From assembly GCA_900549185.1 (NCBI GenBank), contig URNM01000001.1, forward strand, positions 1 through 55,039: a stretch of 55,039 bases of DNA, read 5' to 3'. The notes under the pieces were generated by a model that saw only the letters and a list, made by a program, of their open reading frames with translations, was not told where the DNA came from and made no database searches. Positions 8,374-18,876 of this stretch are shown here, in pieces. The stretch comes from an uncultured Collinsella sp. Lineage in GTDB: Bacteria; Actinomycetota; Coriobacteriia; Coriobacteriales; Coriobacteriaceae. The position numbers and the translations under genes are program-made. Each line of letters starts with the position of its first letter. The first letter of the stretch is position 1.

Positions 8374-11151
8374 CTACCCGCGGTGACGGGCGCGGCTGTA
8401 CGGCGTATCCACCATGGGCAGATCCGGACGCAGCTTGCCGTCGAATGCGCGATAGGCGTTCTGCACGGCGGGCGCCGTGGGGATCGTTGCGATCTCGCCG
8501 ATGCCCTTGCCGCCGTATGCCACGGGCAACAGTTCGTCCTTCTCCACGTAGATGGCGTGGATATCCGGAATCTCGGGCGCGCGGAACAGCCCGAGCGTGC
8601 CGTACCTTGCCTGGGGCACGCAGTCCTTGAGCGGCCAATCCTCGGTAAGCGCATAGCCCATACCCATGAGCACGCCGCCTTCGATCTGACCCTGGATGGA
8701 GATGGGATTGACCACCTTGCCGGAATCGTGCGCGGCATAGACCTCGCTCACGCGGCCGTCGTCGTCCAAAATGACCACATGCGTGGCAAAGCCGTAGCAG
8801 ATGTGGCTCTTGGGGTTGGGAACGTCGGCGCCCAGCTTGTCGGTCGGCTCCAGGTACACGTAGCCAAACTCGCATCCCTCGAGCGCCTTGATAGCGGCCG
8901 CGGGATCCTGAGGATGCATACCCTGGCCGGCAACGAGTTCCTGTGTGCGCAGCTGGTAGGCGCGACCGTCGTCGTACTCGATCTTGACACCATCACCATG
9001 GGCACTCACAGGAGCATCGGGTGCATGCTTGCCGGCCTCGACGTCAAGCATGGCATCGCGCAGCAGGAAGGCGGCACCGCGCACGGCCTCGCCGGTTACG
9101 ACCGTCTGACGCGAGCCAGACGTGGTGCCGGAGTCGGGAGCGTTCTCGGTGGAGCACTCGCCATTGGCAATGCAGCTCAGCGGCAGACCGCACGCCTCGG
9201 CAACGTCCTGCAAAAAGACGGTGTTGCAGCCCTGGCCGATGTCGGACGTGGCGGCATAGACCACGGCGCGGCCATCCTCGACGCGAATCTTGCAGCGGCC
9301 GGCATCGGGCAGGCCCACGCCCACACCGGCGTTCTTCATGGCGCAGGCGATACCGGCGTGTCCGGGATGCGCGTAGTAGGCATCCTTGACCTCGAGCAGC
9401 GTCTCCTTAAGCGCCGTGGAGCAGTCGGCAATCTGGCCGTTGGGCAGAACCTCGCCCGGCTCGATGGCGTTACGGTAGCGAATCTCCCACGGATCCAGGC
9501 CGACTTTCTCGGCCAGCAGGTCGATCAGGCTCTCGAGCGCAAACTCGGACTGGCACACGCCAAAGCCTCGGTACGCGCCGGCGGGCGGGTTGTTGGTGTA
9601 GTAGCCAAAGCCGCGGATGTCGGTGTTCTGGTACTTGTAAGGGCCAACGGCATGCGTGCAGGCGCGCTCGAGCACCGGACCGCACAGCGACGCGTAGGCG
9701 CCGGTGTCAAAGTTGATCTCGCAGTCCAGACCGGTAAAGTTGCCCTCGGCGTCGCAACCCAGCGTAAAGGTGCCGTCCATGGCATGACGCTTGGGATGGA
9801 AGGCAAGCGACTCGGCACGCGTGAGCTTGCACTTCACGGGACGCTGGAACTTGTATGCGGCGAGCGCAGCCAGGTGCTGGATGGACACGTCTTCCTTGCC
9901 GCCAAAGCCGCCGCCCACGAGCATGGTCTCGACGACCACGCGCTCGGGTTCGTTATCCCAGCCAAACATGTGGGCACACTCTTTGCGCGTATCGTAGGCA
10001 CCTTGATCGGTCGACTGCACCTTGACGCCGTTCTTGTACGGGAAGGCGACGGCGCACTCGGGCTCCAAGAAGGCATGCTCGGTAAAGGGCGTGGCAAAGC
10101 GCTGCGTCACGGTAAACGCGCTTTCGGCCAACGCCTTGGCGGCGTCGCCGCGCGTCACGTGACGGCTCTGGCACACGTTGTCCTTGAGCTCCACCGTGTT
10201 GCCAAAGGCAAAGAAGCTGTCGTGCAGGCGCGGGGCGTCGGCAGCCCTGGCTTCGACAATGTTACGCACGGGCTCTAGCGGCTCGTAATCAATCTTTACG
10301 AGCTTCTTGGCCTTCTCGAGCGTCGCCTCGTCCTCGGCAACCACCAGCACGATGGCATCGCCCACGCAGCGGGTGATGTCGCCCTGGGCGATCATGACGT
10401 CCCAGTCCTGGATAAGGTGGCCGACCTGGTTGACCGGCACGTCCTCGGCGCGCAGGATGCCAACCACACCGGGTAGGGCCTCGGCCTTGGAGGTATCGAT
10501 GGAGAGCACGCGGGCACGCGGATACTTGGAGCGCACGGCGCTGGCGTAGGTCAGGCCCGGCTGATCGAGCTCGTCGATGTCGTCGGGATACTTGCCCTCG
10601 CCGAGCACCTTCTTGCGCACGTCGATACGGAAGGCGCGCTTGCCCACGCCGTAGTCATCGCCGCGCTCCAGATCCTCGTCGATCTGCTTTTCGCCACGGA
10701 GCACCGCAGCTGCCAGCGAGATGCCCTCGATAATCTTCTTGTAGCCGGTGCAACGGCAGACATTGCCGCGGATGGCGTACTTGATCTGCTCCTCGGTAGG
10801 CTCGGGATCCTCGGCGATGAGCGCTGCACCCGCCATGACCATACCGGGGATACAAAAGCCGCACTGCACGGCGCCCACGGCGCCAAAGGCGTACACAAAC
10901 GCCTCGCGCACGTTCTCGGGCAGGCCCTCGACAGTCACGATGTCGCGGCCGGCGGCAAGGGCGGTGGTCAGCACGCACGCCTTGACGGCCGCACCGTCCA
11001 CATGGATGGTGCAGGTGCCGCAGGCGCCCTCGGAGCAGCCGTCCTTGGCGGAGTGAATGTGCAGGTCGTCGCGCAGATAGCGCAGCAGCGGTTTGTTTTG
11101 GGTCGTCGTGTGCTCGACGCCGTTAACGGTAAAAGTGAATTCCTGTGCCAT
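8374..11151 (-). CDS. xdh: Xanthine dehydrogenase, fused 2Fe-2S and molybdopterin subunit (selenium-dependent type)
   Basis: GCSEGACGTC, QCGFCIPG, CRCTGY, GGGFGGK, AYRGFG, GQIEGG, GKGIGE. Confidence 0.9.
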   Translation of the reverse strand: MAQEFTFTVNGVEHTTTQNKPLLRYLRDDLHIHSAKDGCSEGACGTCTIHVDGAAVKACVLTTALAAGRDIVTVEGLPENVREAFVYAFGAVGAVQCGFCIPGMVMAGAALIAEDPEPTEEQIKYAIRGNVCRCTGYKKIIEGISLAAAVLRGEKQIDEDLERGDDYGVGKRAFRIDVRKKVLGEGKYPDDIDELDQPGLTYASAVRSKYPRARVLSIDTSKAEALPGVVGILRAEDVPVNQVGHLIQDWDVMIAQGDITRCVGDAIVLVVAEDEATLEKAKKLVKIDYEPLEPVRNIVEARAADAPRLHDSFFAFGNTVELKDNVCQSRHVTRGDAAKALAESAFTVTQRFATPFTEHAFLEPECAVAFPYKNGVKVQSTDQGAYDTRKECAHMFGWDNEPERVVVETMLVGGGFGGKEDVSIQHLAALAAYKFQRPVKCKLTRAESLAFHPKRHAMDGTFTLGCDAEGNFTGLDCEINFDTGAYASLCGPVLERACTHAVGPYKYQNTDIRGFGYYTNNPPAGAYRGFGVCQSEFALESLIDLLAEKVGLDPWEIRYRNAIEPGEVLPNGQIADCSTALKETLLEVKDAYYAHPGHAGIACAMKNAGVGVGLPDAGRCKIRVEDGRAVVYAATSDIGQGCNTVFLQDVAEACGLPLSCIANGECSTENAPDSGTTSGSRQTVVTGEAVRGAAFLLRDAMLDVEAGKHAPDAPVSAHGDGVKIEYDDGRAYQLRTQELVAGQGMHPQDPAAAIKALEGCEFGYVYLEPTDKLGADVPNPKSHICYGFATHVVILDDDGRVSEVYAAHDSGKVVNPISIQGQIEGGVLMGMGYALTEDWPLKDCVPQARYGTLGLFRAPEIPDIHAIYVEKDELLPVAYGGKGIGEIATIPTAPAVQNAYRAFDGKLRPDLPMVDTPYSRARHRG

Positions 11152-11163
11152 GGTGATTCCCCT

Positions 11164-11643
11164 CTACACGCCGGCGGCGATACCGGTGCGGTCGTGGATG
11201 GCGCCATGCGGGCAGACGACGGCGCACATGCCGCACGACAGGCAGTCCGTGCCGTCGATATGGGCGCAGTTGTCCTCGATGCGGATAGCGCCGGCAGGGC
11301 ACTTTTTGGCGCACATGCCGCAACCGATGCAGCTGGTGTCGCAGATCTTGCGCGCAATGGCGCCCTTATCGGTGTTGTTGCAGCGCACCAGGATGTTCTG
11401 GTAGCCGGGAACGAAGGCAATCACGCGCTGCGGGCACGCCATGCCGCACAGGCCACAGCCCGTGCACTTGGAGCGGTCCACACGGGCGACGCCGTCGACC
11501 AGCGCGATGGCACCGTGGGGGCAGGCCGTAACGCAGGCGCCACAGCCAATGCAGCCTTCGCTGCAGCGGGCGTCGCCGCCTGCGGAAGCACAGCCGCTTC
11601 CGCAGGCAACGTAGGCCACGTGATGTTGAATGGATTTGGCCAT
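11164..11643 (-). CDS. 4Fe-4S polyferredoxin (RnfB C-terminal-like)
   Basis: Four CxxCxxCxxxCP motifs. Confidence 0.85.
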   Translation of the reverse strand: MAKSIQHHVAYVACGSGCASAGGDARCSEGCIGCGACVTACPHGAIALVDGVARVDRSKCTGCGLCGMACPQRVIAFVPGYQNILVRCNNTDKGAIARKICDTSCIGCGMCAKKCPAGAIRIEDNCAHIDGTDCLSCGMCAVVCPHGAIHDRTGIAAGV

Positions 11644-11654
11644 AAGAGACTCGC

Positions 11655-14654
11655 CTATTTCTTAAGAAGGTACGAATAGTTGTCGCGCACGGCCCTGATG
11701 GTCAGGCGGACGGCCTCGGGCAGACCGGTGTTGACGGCATCGACCGAGACGGTGCGGACCGTGCCGGCGACGCGGACCTTAAAGTGGTCCTCGTCCACGG
11801 CCAGGAAGCCCTCGTTCTCGGAGTTCTCCATGTCCTGCTCGCTCCAGAACAGGGTGAGCTTGTCCTTGTAGGGACGACCCTCCTGGTAGGGGCAGAACAC
11901 GGCGCAGTTACCGCACTCGTTGCACATGCCGTCGACATGGACGACCTGATGCTTGGCCAGGCCCGGCACCTTAATTGCCACGTTGGCGCGGTTGGGGCAC
12001 ACGTCGCAGCAGACCTCGCACACCGAGCCGCAGCCCAGGCAGCGGGTCTTGGTGCAGTTGCGCTTGTCGCGGCACAGCGACCCCTTGCGCTCGTAGCAGG
12101 TATCCTCGCGGCCGGCCTGCTCGTTGCAGTCGGCGTACTTGTTAAAGTCCACGCCGGCGATGGCACGGGCGACCTCGGCGGCGTCGGCGATAGCCTCGAC
12201 CACGGTGGCAGGACCGCGACGGCAGTCGCCCGCAGCCCAGACGCCCTCAACGCCGGTGGAGGTGGCGGCAAGACGGCCGCGACGGTCGTGCTCGACGCCC
12301 GCGGCATCGTACAGGCTGGCATCGATGCCCTCGCCCACGGCGCAGATCACCGTGGTGGCGGAAAGCTCGACAGTCTCGCCCGTGGCGACGGGGCTGCGAC
12401 GGCCGCTTGCATCCGGCTCGCCGAGCTCCATAACGTCGCAGGTCAGCACGGAGCCGTTGAGCGCCTTGGGCGCCAGCAGCTCGCAGAACTCAACGCCGTC
12501 GGCAAGAGCAAGATCGAGCTCTTCCTCGTCGGCGGGCATCTGCTTCTTGGTACGGCGATACACCAGGCGCACGTTCTTCACGCCGGCCAGGCGCTTGGCC
12601 ACGCGGGCCGCGTCCATGGCGGTGTTGCCGGCGCCAATGACCACGACGTCCTCGCCCAGCTCGAGTTTCTCGCCCTTCTTGGCGGCCTCGAGGAACTCCA
12701 GCACATCGAGCTCGGCACCCTCGCCCAAGCCCGCAGAGCCGGGCATCCAGGCACCGGTGGCCACGACCACGTCAGTAAAGCCTTGAGCCTTGAGTTCGTC
12801 GATGGAATCAACGCGAGCGTTGAGCTGCACCTTGGCGCCAAAGGCCAGGCAGAGCTCGGCATCGTGGGAGATATCGTCGCTCGCGATACGGAACTCGGGG
12901 ATCACGTGACGGACCACGCCGCCGAGAGAATCGCGGGCCTCGAAGATGGTGACGGGCACGCCGGCACGCGTCAGGAAGAACGCGGTCGCCAGGCCGGCCG
13001 GACCGCCGCCGATAACGGCAACGTTGCGCTCACCGTCATTGGCGATAGCCTGGGCGCGCAGCTTGGGCAGCACAGCTGCCATGGCCTCGCGGGCGGCCTT
13101 GAGCTTGCTGGCTCGAATCTGGGCGCCCTCGGGCTCGTAGAACGCACGCTCGCAGGCACGGCCGCACGGATGCGGGCAGATGGTGCCGGTAATGAACGGC
13201 AGGGCGTTACGCTCGATGATGATGTTAAGCGCGTCCTCGTAGCGACCCTCGTCAACAGCCGCCAGATAGGCGGGAATATCCTGCTGGATGGGGCAGCTCG
13301 TGCGGCACGGCGTGGTAAAGCAGTCGGAAAGCGGGCTCTTGCCGGCGACCTTACGGTCGGGCAGCGGGCGCAGCGGCTTCTTGTAGAGCGGGTTGGTGAG
13401 TGAGTCGGTCTGGATCGCAGTCACGGCCTCGAGAGAGACGCCCGCGAACGGCTTACCATCCAGGTCGGTAAACTCGCCTGCCATCTGGCTAAAGCGCTCG
13501 TAGCCACCGGGCTTGAGCACGTCGGTCGCCAAGGTAACGGGCCAAATGCCGGCATCGTACAGAGCACGGATGTTGTAGACCGTGGCGCCGCCGGAGTAGC
13601 TGATGCGCAGCTTGCCATCAAACTGCTCGGTAATGCGGCGGGCAGCCTCGATGGTCAGCGAGAACAGCGAACGGCCGGACATGTACATCTCGGCAGAGGG
13701 CAGCTCGTTCCTCGTCACGTCGACGGGGAACGTGTTGGTCAGCTTGACGCCAAACTCCAGGCCGTGCTCGGCGCACAGGGCAATCAGGCGCTCGAACATG
13801 GGCACGGCGTCGGCCCACTGCAGGTCCTCGCGGAAGTGCGTGTCATCGAAGACGATGTAGTCAAAGCCCAGCTCGTTCAGACGCTGGCGGGCAAACTCAT
13901 AGCCCAGCAGCGTGGGGTTGCACTTGATGTAGGTGTTGAGGCCCTTCTCGGTGATCAGATAGGTCGCGATGCGCTCGATCTCGGCCGGCGGGCAGCCGTG
14001 CAGGGTAGACTCGGTGATGGAGTTGGAGACGCGTGCCGGGATGGACTCGACGAACGCGGCGTCGACATGCTCAAACTTGTCCAGGTTGACGAGCGCCCAT
14101 GCGCGGCACTCGTTCCAGACGTCGGAGCCGCTGGCGTCCTTCATGCCCTCGATGTAGGCGTCGACCTTGGGGCTCTTGATGCCCTCCAGGTCATAGCCCA
14201 CCGACATGTTGAAGACAAAGCCGTCCGGGCTGCCCAGGCCGTACTCGCGAGCGATCAGGTGGCAGGCGAACCATGCCTTCACGTACTCGGCAAAAGCCTG
14301 CGAAACCTCGAGCTCGGTCGACCACTCGCAGTTGTAGCACTCGTCCTGCGCCACGATGCAGGGCTTGTTGACGCACTTGGAGAGCTCCTCGCCGTCCATA
14401 ACCTGAACGGTCTTGAGCTCAAAGAAGCGGGAACCGGCCACATAAGAGGCCACGATGTTCTGGGCAAGCTGCGTGTTGGGACCGGCGGCCGGGCCAAACG
14501 GAGTCTCGATGCGCTCGTCAAAAATGGGAAGCGCACCCTCCTGGTTGGTCGTGACCATCTTGCGCACGCCAAAGACGGCGCCCTGAGTCTTGTGCTCCTC
14601 GATGATCCAGTTCATCAGCTGCGAAAACGGGATCGGCCTCATGATGTCGCTCAT
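11655..14654 (-). CDS. ygfK: YgfK Fe-S/FAD oxidoreductase (putative selenate reductase subunit)
   Basis: MSDIMRPIPF start with GAGGAG RBS; GPAAGPNTQLAQNI, GGGPAG, GAGNTAMD, CNECGNC. Confidence 0.9.
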   Translation of the reverse strand: MSDIMRPIPFSQLMNWIIEEHKTQGAVFGVRKMVTTNQEGALPIFDERIETPFGPAAGPNTQLAQNIVASYVAGSRFFELKTVQVMDGEELSKCVNKPCIVAQDECYNCEWSTELEVSQAFAEYVKAWFACHLIAREYGLGSPDGFVFNMSVGYDLEGIKSPKVDAYIEGMKDASGSDVWNECRAWALVNLDKFEHVDAAFVESIPARVSNSITESTLHGCPPAEIERIATYLITEKGLNTYIKCNPTLLGYEFARQRLNELGFDYIVFDDTHFREDLQWADAVPMFERLIALCAEHGLEFGVKLTNTFPVDVTRNELPSAEMYMSGRSLFSLTIEAARRITEQFDGKLRISYSGGATVYNIRALYDAGIWPVTLATDVLKPGGYERFSQMAGEFTDLDGKPFAGVSLEAVTAIQTDSLTNPLYKKPLRPLPDRKVAGKSPLSDCFTTPCRTSCPIQQDIPAYLAAVDEGRYEDALNIIIERNALPFITGTICPHPCGRACERAFYEPEGAQIRASKLKAAREAMAAVLPKLRAQAIANDGERNVAVIGGGPAGLATAFFLTRAGVPVTIFEARDSLGGVVRHVIPEFRIASDDISHDAELCLAFGAKVQLNARVDSIDELKAQGFTDVVVATGAWMPGSAGLGEGAELDVLEFLEAAKKGEKLELGEDVVVIGAGNTAMDAARVAKRLAGVKNVRLVYRRTKKQMPADEEELDLALADGVEFCELLAPKALNGSVLTCDVMELGEPDASGRRSPVATGETVELSATTVICAVGEGIDASLYDAAGVEHDRRGRLAATSTGVEGVWAAGDCRRGPATVVEAIADAAEVARAIAGVDFNKYADCNEQAGREDTCYERKGSLCRDKRNCTKTRCLGCGSVCEVCCDVCPNRANVAIKVPGLAKHQVVHVDGMCNECGNCAVFCPYQEGRPYKDKLTLFWSEQDMENSENEGFLAVDEDHFKVRVAGTVRTVSVDAVNTGLPEAVRLTIRAVRDNYSYLLKK

Positions 14655-14803
14655 AATGAGCTCCTCTCTGTAACGCCCGGCGAGACCGCGCGACGGGCGC
14701 AAATACGGTGTAGCGCTAGCACAGCGCCGGCGACCCCGCGGAGGCCGCCTATGCGCGCGCCGGATGCGGCGAAACACCCGACGCGCGTGAATCTACTTGT
14801 GAA

Positions 14804-16159
14804 TTAGTAGGCGCGATCGTTAAGCGTGCTCCAGAGCTTCTTGGACTCGGCCATGGTCCACGCGTTGATCTTTTCCTCATCAATGCCAACGAACTCGCGA
14901 TCCTTGTACAGGACGCGGCCGTTGATGATGGTGGTGCGGCAGTTTTTGCCCATCATGCCAAAGAGCATGTGACCGTCGACGTTCTCCTCGCTCAGCGGCG
15001 TAAAGGGCTTGTAGTCCATAACGATAACGTCGGCGGCAGCGCCGGCCTCGAGCACACCGAGCTTGCGATCGAAGTACTTGCTCGCCATCTTGGCGTTGTT
15101 CTCGAACAGCATGGTCATGGCCTCACACCAGCCCACGTTGGGCATGGCGGCGTTGTGACGCTGAATGATCAGGAAGACCTTAAGGCTCTCGAGCATATCG
15201 TGGGTGTAGGCGTCGGTGCCCATGCACACGGGGATGCCACGACGGAAGAACTCGAGCACGGGGGCGCAGCCCACGGCGTTGCCCATATTGGATTCGGGGT
15301 TGTTGACCAGCCAAGTGCCGGACTCCTTGACGATATCCATCTCGGCAGGCGTCACGTGGATGCAGTGGCCCAGCATGGTGTCGGGGCCCAGCAGGTTGTG
15401 CTGCAGCAGGCGCTCGATGGGGCTGATACCACCGCGGTTGAGGCGGGAATCCCACACGTCGTTCATGCCCTCGCACACATGGATGTGGAAGCCGGTCAGG
15501 CCGTTGTTGGCCTCGGCCATCTTATCCATGGTCTCGTCCGAAAGCGTAAAGGTAGCATGTCCGCCAAACATGGCGGCGATCATGTGGTTGTCGTTATCGC
15601 GACGCTCCTTGGCGGCCCACTGGGCAAATTCGGCGTTCTCGGCAATGGCCTGGTCGCACTTTTCCTGGCCGCGGCGATCGGAGACCTCGTAGCACAGGCA
15701 CGAACGCATGCCCAGCTCCTGAGCTGCATCCTTAATGGTAAAGAGGCTTCCCGGGATCTCGCAGAAGCTCGCATGGTGATCGAAGATCGTGGTGACGCCA
15801 TCGCGGATGGAGTCCAAAATCGTGGCATAGGCGCTGGCCTTGGTGCCGTCGAGCGTCAGGTTATCGTCGATCTTCCACCACTGCTGCTCAAGATTCTCCA
15901 GGAAGTTGGTGGGGTTGCAGCCCTTAATGGCAAGGCCGCGGGCCAGACCCGAGTAGATGTGGGTGTGGCAGTTGATGAGTCCAGGCATGATGAGGTTGCC
16001 CCGGGCATCGACGTACTCGGCATCCGGGTACTTGGCCTTGAGCTCGCGCTCGGGGCCCACTTCGACGATCGTATCTCCGTCAATGGCGACCGCACCGTTT
16101 GGAATGAATGGGGTCTGAGCGTTGCGGGTAAAGACGGAACCGTTAGCGACCAGAAGCAT
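14804..16159 (-). CDS. ssnA: SsnA-type amidohydrolase
   Basis: PGLINCHTHIYS, FHIHVCEG, NPESNMGN, GTD. Confidence 0.88.
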   Translation of the reverse strand: MLLVANGSVFTRNAQTPFIPNGAVAIDGDTIVEVGPERELKAKYPDAEYVDARGNLIMPGLINCHTHIYSGLARGLAIKGCNPTNFLENLEQQWWKIDDNLTLDGTKASAYATILDSIRDGVTTIFDHHASFCEIPGSLFTIKDAAQELGMRSCLCYEVSDRRGQEKCDQAIAENAEFAQWAAKERRDNDNHMIAAMFGGHATFTLSDETMDKMAEANNGLTGFHIHVCEGMNDVWDSRLNRGGISPIERLLQHNLLGPDTMLGHCIHVTPAEMDIVKESGTWLVNNPESNMGNAVGCAPVLEFFRRGIPVCMGTDAYTHDMLESLKVFLIIQRHNAAMPNVGWCEAMTMLFENNAKMASKYFDRKLGVLEAGAAADVIVMDYKPFTPLSEENVDGHMLFGMMGKNCRTTIINGRVLYKDREFVGIDEEKINAWTMAESKKLWSTLNDRAY

Positions 16160-16354
16160 GGATGCTCCCTTCAACATCAGAGGCGGGGTTTGACACCTCT
16201 GACATGGCGGAGTGCGAAGCGCCGGCCTACACCGGAAACGGGCCCTCTCCCGTCAACGCTTCACCAAAGGGACAAGCCCTTTGAAGTGCGGCTTGGCGCC
16301 GCATGGCGTCGGCGGACGAGGCGATGCGTCCGCCGACGAATAGCACCGAATTGG

Positions 16355-17749
16355 TTACTTCTTGCTCTCGGGCAAGACCAGATCCACGGCAGCGTCCTTG
16401 GCAGCATCGATGTGCTGAGCCACGACCGGCGTCTGCGGAAGGATCAGGTTAAGGACAATGGCCATGATGGCGGTGGGGGTTACGGCATTGGAGCCGATGA
16501 CGGTGGACACCCAGGCGGGCATACCCTCGCCGGCAAGGCAACCGCTGGCCATCCAGATACCCAGGCCAAAGACGACGGAGGTGCCGACGATAGTGGTAGT
16601 GCGCTGCGTGAGGCCCTCGCGGGTGAACATGCGCACGCCGTTCATGGTGATGGTGCCAAAGACGCCGACGGTCGCGCCGCCGATGACGGGCTGCGGGATA
16701 GCGGAAAGGACGGCAGAGAGCTGCGGGAACAGGCCGGCGATGGCAAAGACGGCCGCGATGATCACAAAGACCCACTTGTTGACGACCTTGTTGGAGCAGA
16801 TGATGCCCACGTTCTGGCCAAGGGCGCTGGTGGGAAGACCGCCCAGCAGGCCGCCGACCATAGAGGTGAGGCCCTGGGACACGATAGCGCCGGAGAGCTC
16901 GCGCTCGGTGGGCATACGGTCGATGGAGCCCAGGCAGGCGGCGGAGACGTCACCGATAACCTGGATGGCAACCATGGGGAACACGACGGCGAGGGTAATG
17001 CAGACCTCGGGATCAAACTCGAGCGCGTAGGGCATGAGCTTGGGAAGGGCGAAGACCTGAGCGGTGGCGACGCTGGAGAAGTCGATCATGCCAAAGGGGA
17101 TGGAGACGATCATGCCAACGATCATGCCAAAGAACACGGATCCCAGCTTGAGCGTGCCCTTGCCAAAGTTGGCGAGCGCAAAGACCACGGCGAAGGTGAT
17201 AAGAGCGACGCACCAGGCCTGCGGGGTGCCCCACAGCGGCGTACCCATACCGCCGGCCATATACTTGACGGCCGTGGGATACAGCGAAACGCCGATGGAG
17301 AAGATGACCGTACCGGTCACGACGGGCGGGAACAGCCACTTGATCTTGCTGTAGGCCAGACCAAAGAGGACCGCGACGGCGCCGCCGACGATCTCGCCAC
17401 CCAGCAGCGCACCAAAGCTAAAGCCCGAGGCACCCATGGCCTGCAGGGCCGGCAGGAACGCGAACGAAACGCCCATGACGATGGGCAGGCCGCCGCCGAT
17501 GCGACGGAAGGGAGCGAAGGCCTGAAGGGCCGTGTCGATCGCCGAAAGAATGAGCGCGACCTGGATGATGTCGGTACTCTGCTGGCTATTAAAGCCGTAG
17601 ACGCCGGCCATGATGACCGCCGGGGTAATGATGCCGGCAAACGATGCCAGTACGTGCTGAAGGGCACACGGGATCATTTCCTTAACGGGAGGCATGCCTT
17701 CGCGAGTGAACAGGGCTTCAGTGCCGTTCGTAACCGTCTCCTGGGTCAT
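16355..17749 (-). CDS. NCS2 nucleobase (xanthine/urate) permease
   Basis: LQHVLA, GVSFAF, FPPVVTG, QNVG signature, P.PVIGG. Confidence 0.9.
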   Translation of the reverse strand: MTQETVTNGTEALFTREGMPPVKEMIPCALQHVLASFAGIITPAVIMAGVYGFNSQQSTDIIQVALILSAIDTALQAFAPFRRIGGGLPIVMGVSFAFLPALQAMGASGFSFGALLGGEIVGGAVAVLFGLAYSKIKWLFPPVVTGTVIFSIGVSLYPTAVKYMAGGMGTPLWGTPQAWCVALITFAVVFALANFGKGTLKLGSVFFGMIVGMIVSIPFGMIDFSSVATAQVFALPKLMPYALEFDPEVCITLAVVFPMVAIQVIGDVSAACLGSIDRMPTERELSGAIVSQGLTSMVGGLLGGLPTSALGQNVGIICSNKVVNKWVFVIIAAVFAIAGLFPQLSAVLSAIPQPVIGGATVGVFGTITMNGVRMFTREGLTQRTTTIVGTSVVFGLGIWMASGCLAGEGMPAWVSTVIGSNAVTPTAIMAIVLNLILPQTPVVAQHIDAAKDAAVDLVLPESKK

Positions 17750-18101
17750 TTGACCACCAATCCTCGAAGTAGTTGTTTTCGCATCTAACGCTCTATTGTG
17801 ACGCAGTGCGGGGTTGAGGTTGTGCCTTCATTGCATATCGTATTAAAGATGATTCTCATTCTCAATAATAATTTTTTGTTATCAGACTATTCTTCAGCTG
17901 AAATAACGCATTTCCGCAGGTCAGGAAAGTGTCTGGTCAAAATAACATCTAACTTTTCTTTTGGTCAACCGTTTACCGCTAAATTCCTACCGTTCGTCTG
18001 CATTACGCAATGTACCTGCGGATATACGAGATGATGGGCAACGTGTTACCATGAGAAAAAATTGTTATGAACATTTCCGATTTCACCCAAAGGAGTTGCC
18101 C

Positions 18102-18758
18102 GTGAACGAGACCGTACGTCGCTTTTTGCCGATGGTCGATTTTCTGGAGCAGATACTCGGCAAAAACAGCGAAATCGTGCTGCACGATTTCTCGGATCCC
18201 GACCACGCCATCGTCGATATTCGCAACGGCATCGTAAGCGGCCGCAAGGTCGGCGGTCCCGCCACCGATCTGGCACTCAAGATCATGCACGACGCCAAGT
18301 ATCGCGACCTGCCGTTTATTACGGGCTACGAGGGGCGCGGTGCCGGCGGCAAGACGTTGGAGTCAGCGACGTACTTTATCCACGAGAATGACGAGATCGT
18401 CGGTATGCTCTGCGTCAACACCGACCTCTCGACCGTGCGCTCCATCAACGCCATGGCGCAGCAGCTCATGGCGTGCTTCGACGCGGCGCCGACGCGCACG
18501 GAGCCCGCCCCTATCGAGGTCGAAAGCCTTTCGGAGTCTACACAGGAGCTCATCGACCGCAGCATTGCCGAGTTGCTGAGCACGCGCGGGCTGGATGTAG
18601 CATCGCTTGGTCAAAGCGACCGCGTGGACGTCATTCGCCACCTCAACGGCAACGGGGTGTTCATGCTCAAGGGCGCCGTGGCCTGCGCCGCCACCGCGCT
18701 GGGCATCTCGGAGCCCAGCGTCTACCGCTACCTGCAAAAAGTCCGCAAGGAGGGCTAA
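18102..18758 (+). CDS. YheO-like PAS plus HTH transcriptional regulator
   Basis: EIVLHDF, SGRKVGGPATD, GMLCVN, GVFMLKGAV...LGISEPSVYRYL; GTG start with AAGGAG. Confidence 0.88.
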   Translation: MNETVRRFLPMVDFLEQILGKNSEIVLHDFSDPDHAIVDIRNGIVSGRKVGGPATDLALKIMHDAKYRDLPFITGYEGRGAGGKTLESATYFIHENDEIVGMLCVNTDLSTVRSINAMAQQLMACFDAAPTRTEPAPIEVESLSESTQELIDRSIAELLSTRGLDVASLGQSDRVDVIRHLNGNGVFMLKGAVACAATALGISEPSVYRYLQKVRKEG

Positions 18759-18770
18759 ACGTTATCCCTT

Positions 18771-18798
18771 GGGGACGGAGGGAAACGGATCATTTTTG
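18771..18798 (+). repeat. REP-like element GGGGACGGAGGGAAACGGATCATTTT
   Basis: Further copies at 19456-19481 (inverted) and 19502-19527. Confidence 0.8.
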
Positions 18799-18812
18799 TC
18801 GCATCGCTTGAC

Positions 18813-18847
18813 AAAAGACCCTGCAGCTCGCACTGCAGGGTCTTTTT
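18813..18847. terminator. Bidirectional terminator
   Basis: aaaagaccctgcag-ctcgca-ctgcagggtctttt between convergent genes. Confidence 0.85.
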
Positions 18848-18876
18848 GCATGTCATGTTTAGTTGTTGCCAACGCC

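Noticed and set aside
7821..8386. Short ORFs within array B, and 6087-6549 within array A
   Set aside because: They are translations of the repeats; the 62-bp period is not a multiple of 3 and no RBS is evident.
8374..14654. Selenocysteine recoding in xdh or ygfK
   Set aside because: Both ORFs are full length with no in-frame TGA; selenium in this enzyme class is a labile cofactor.
14655..14777. Arg-rich N-terminal extension of ygfK in the ORF track (likewise the extensions of ridA, accC, rplB, fabH and birA)
   Set aside because: Downstream starts have clear RBSs and match the family N-termini.
14969..17788. 939-aa plus-strand ORF (and similar ORFs at 8383-10278, 11784-13403, 20468-22057, 45374-47761)
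   Set aside because: Antisense shadows of well-supported high-GC genes, with no recognisable motifs.
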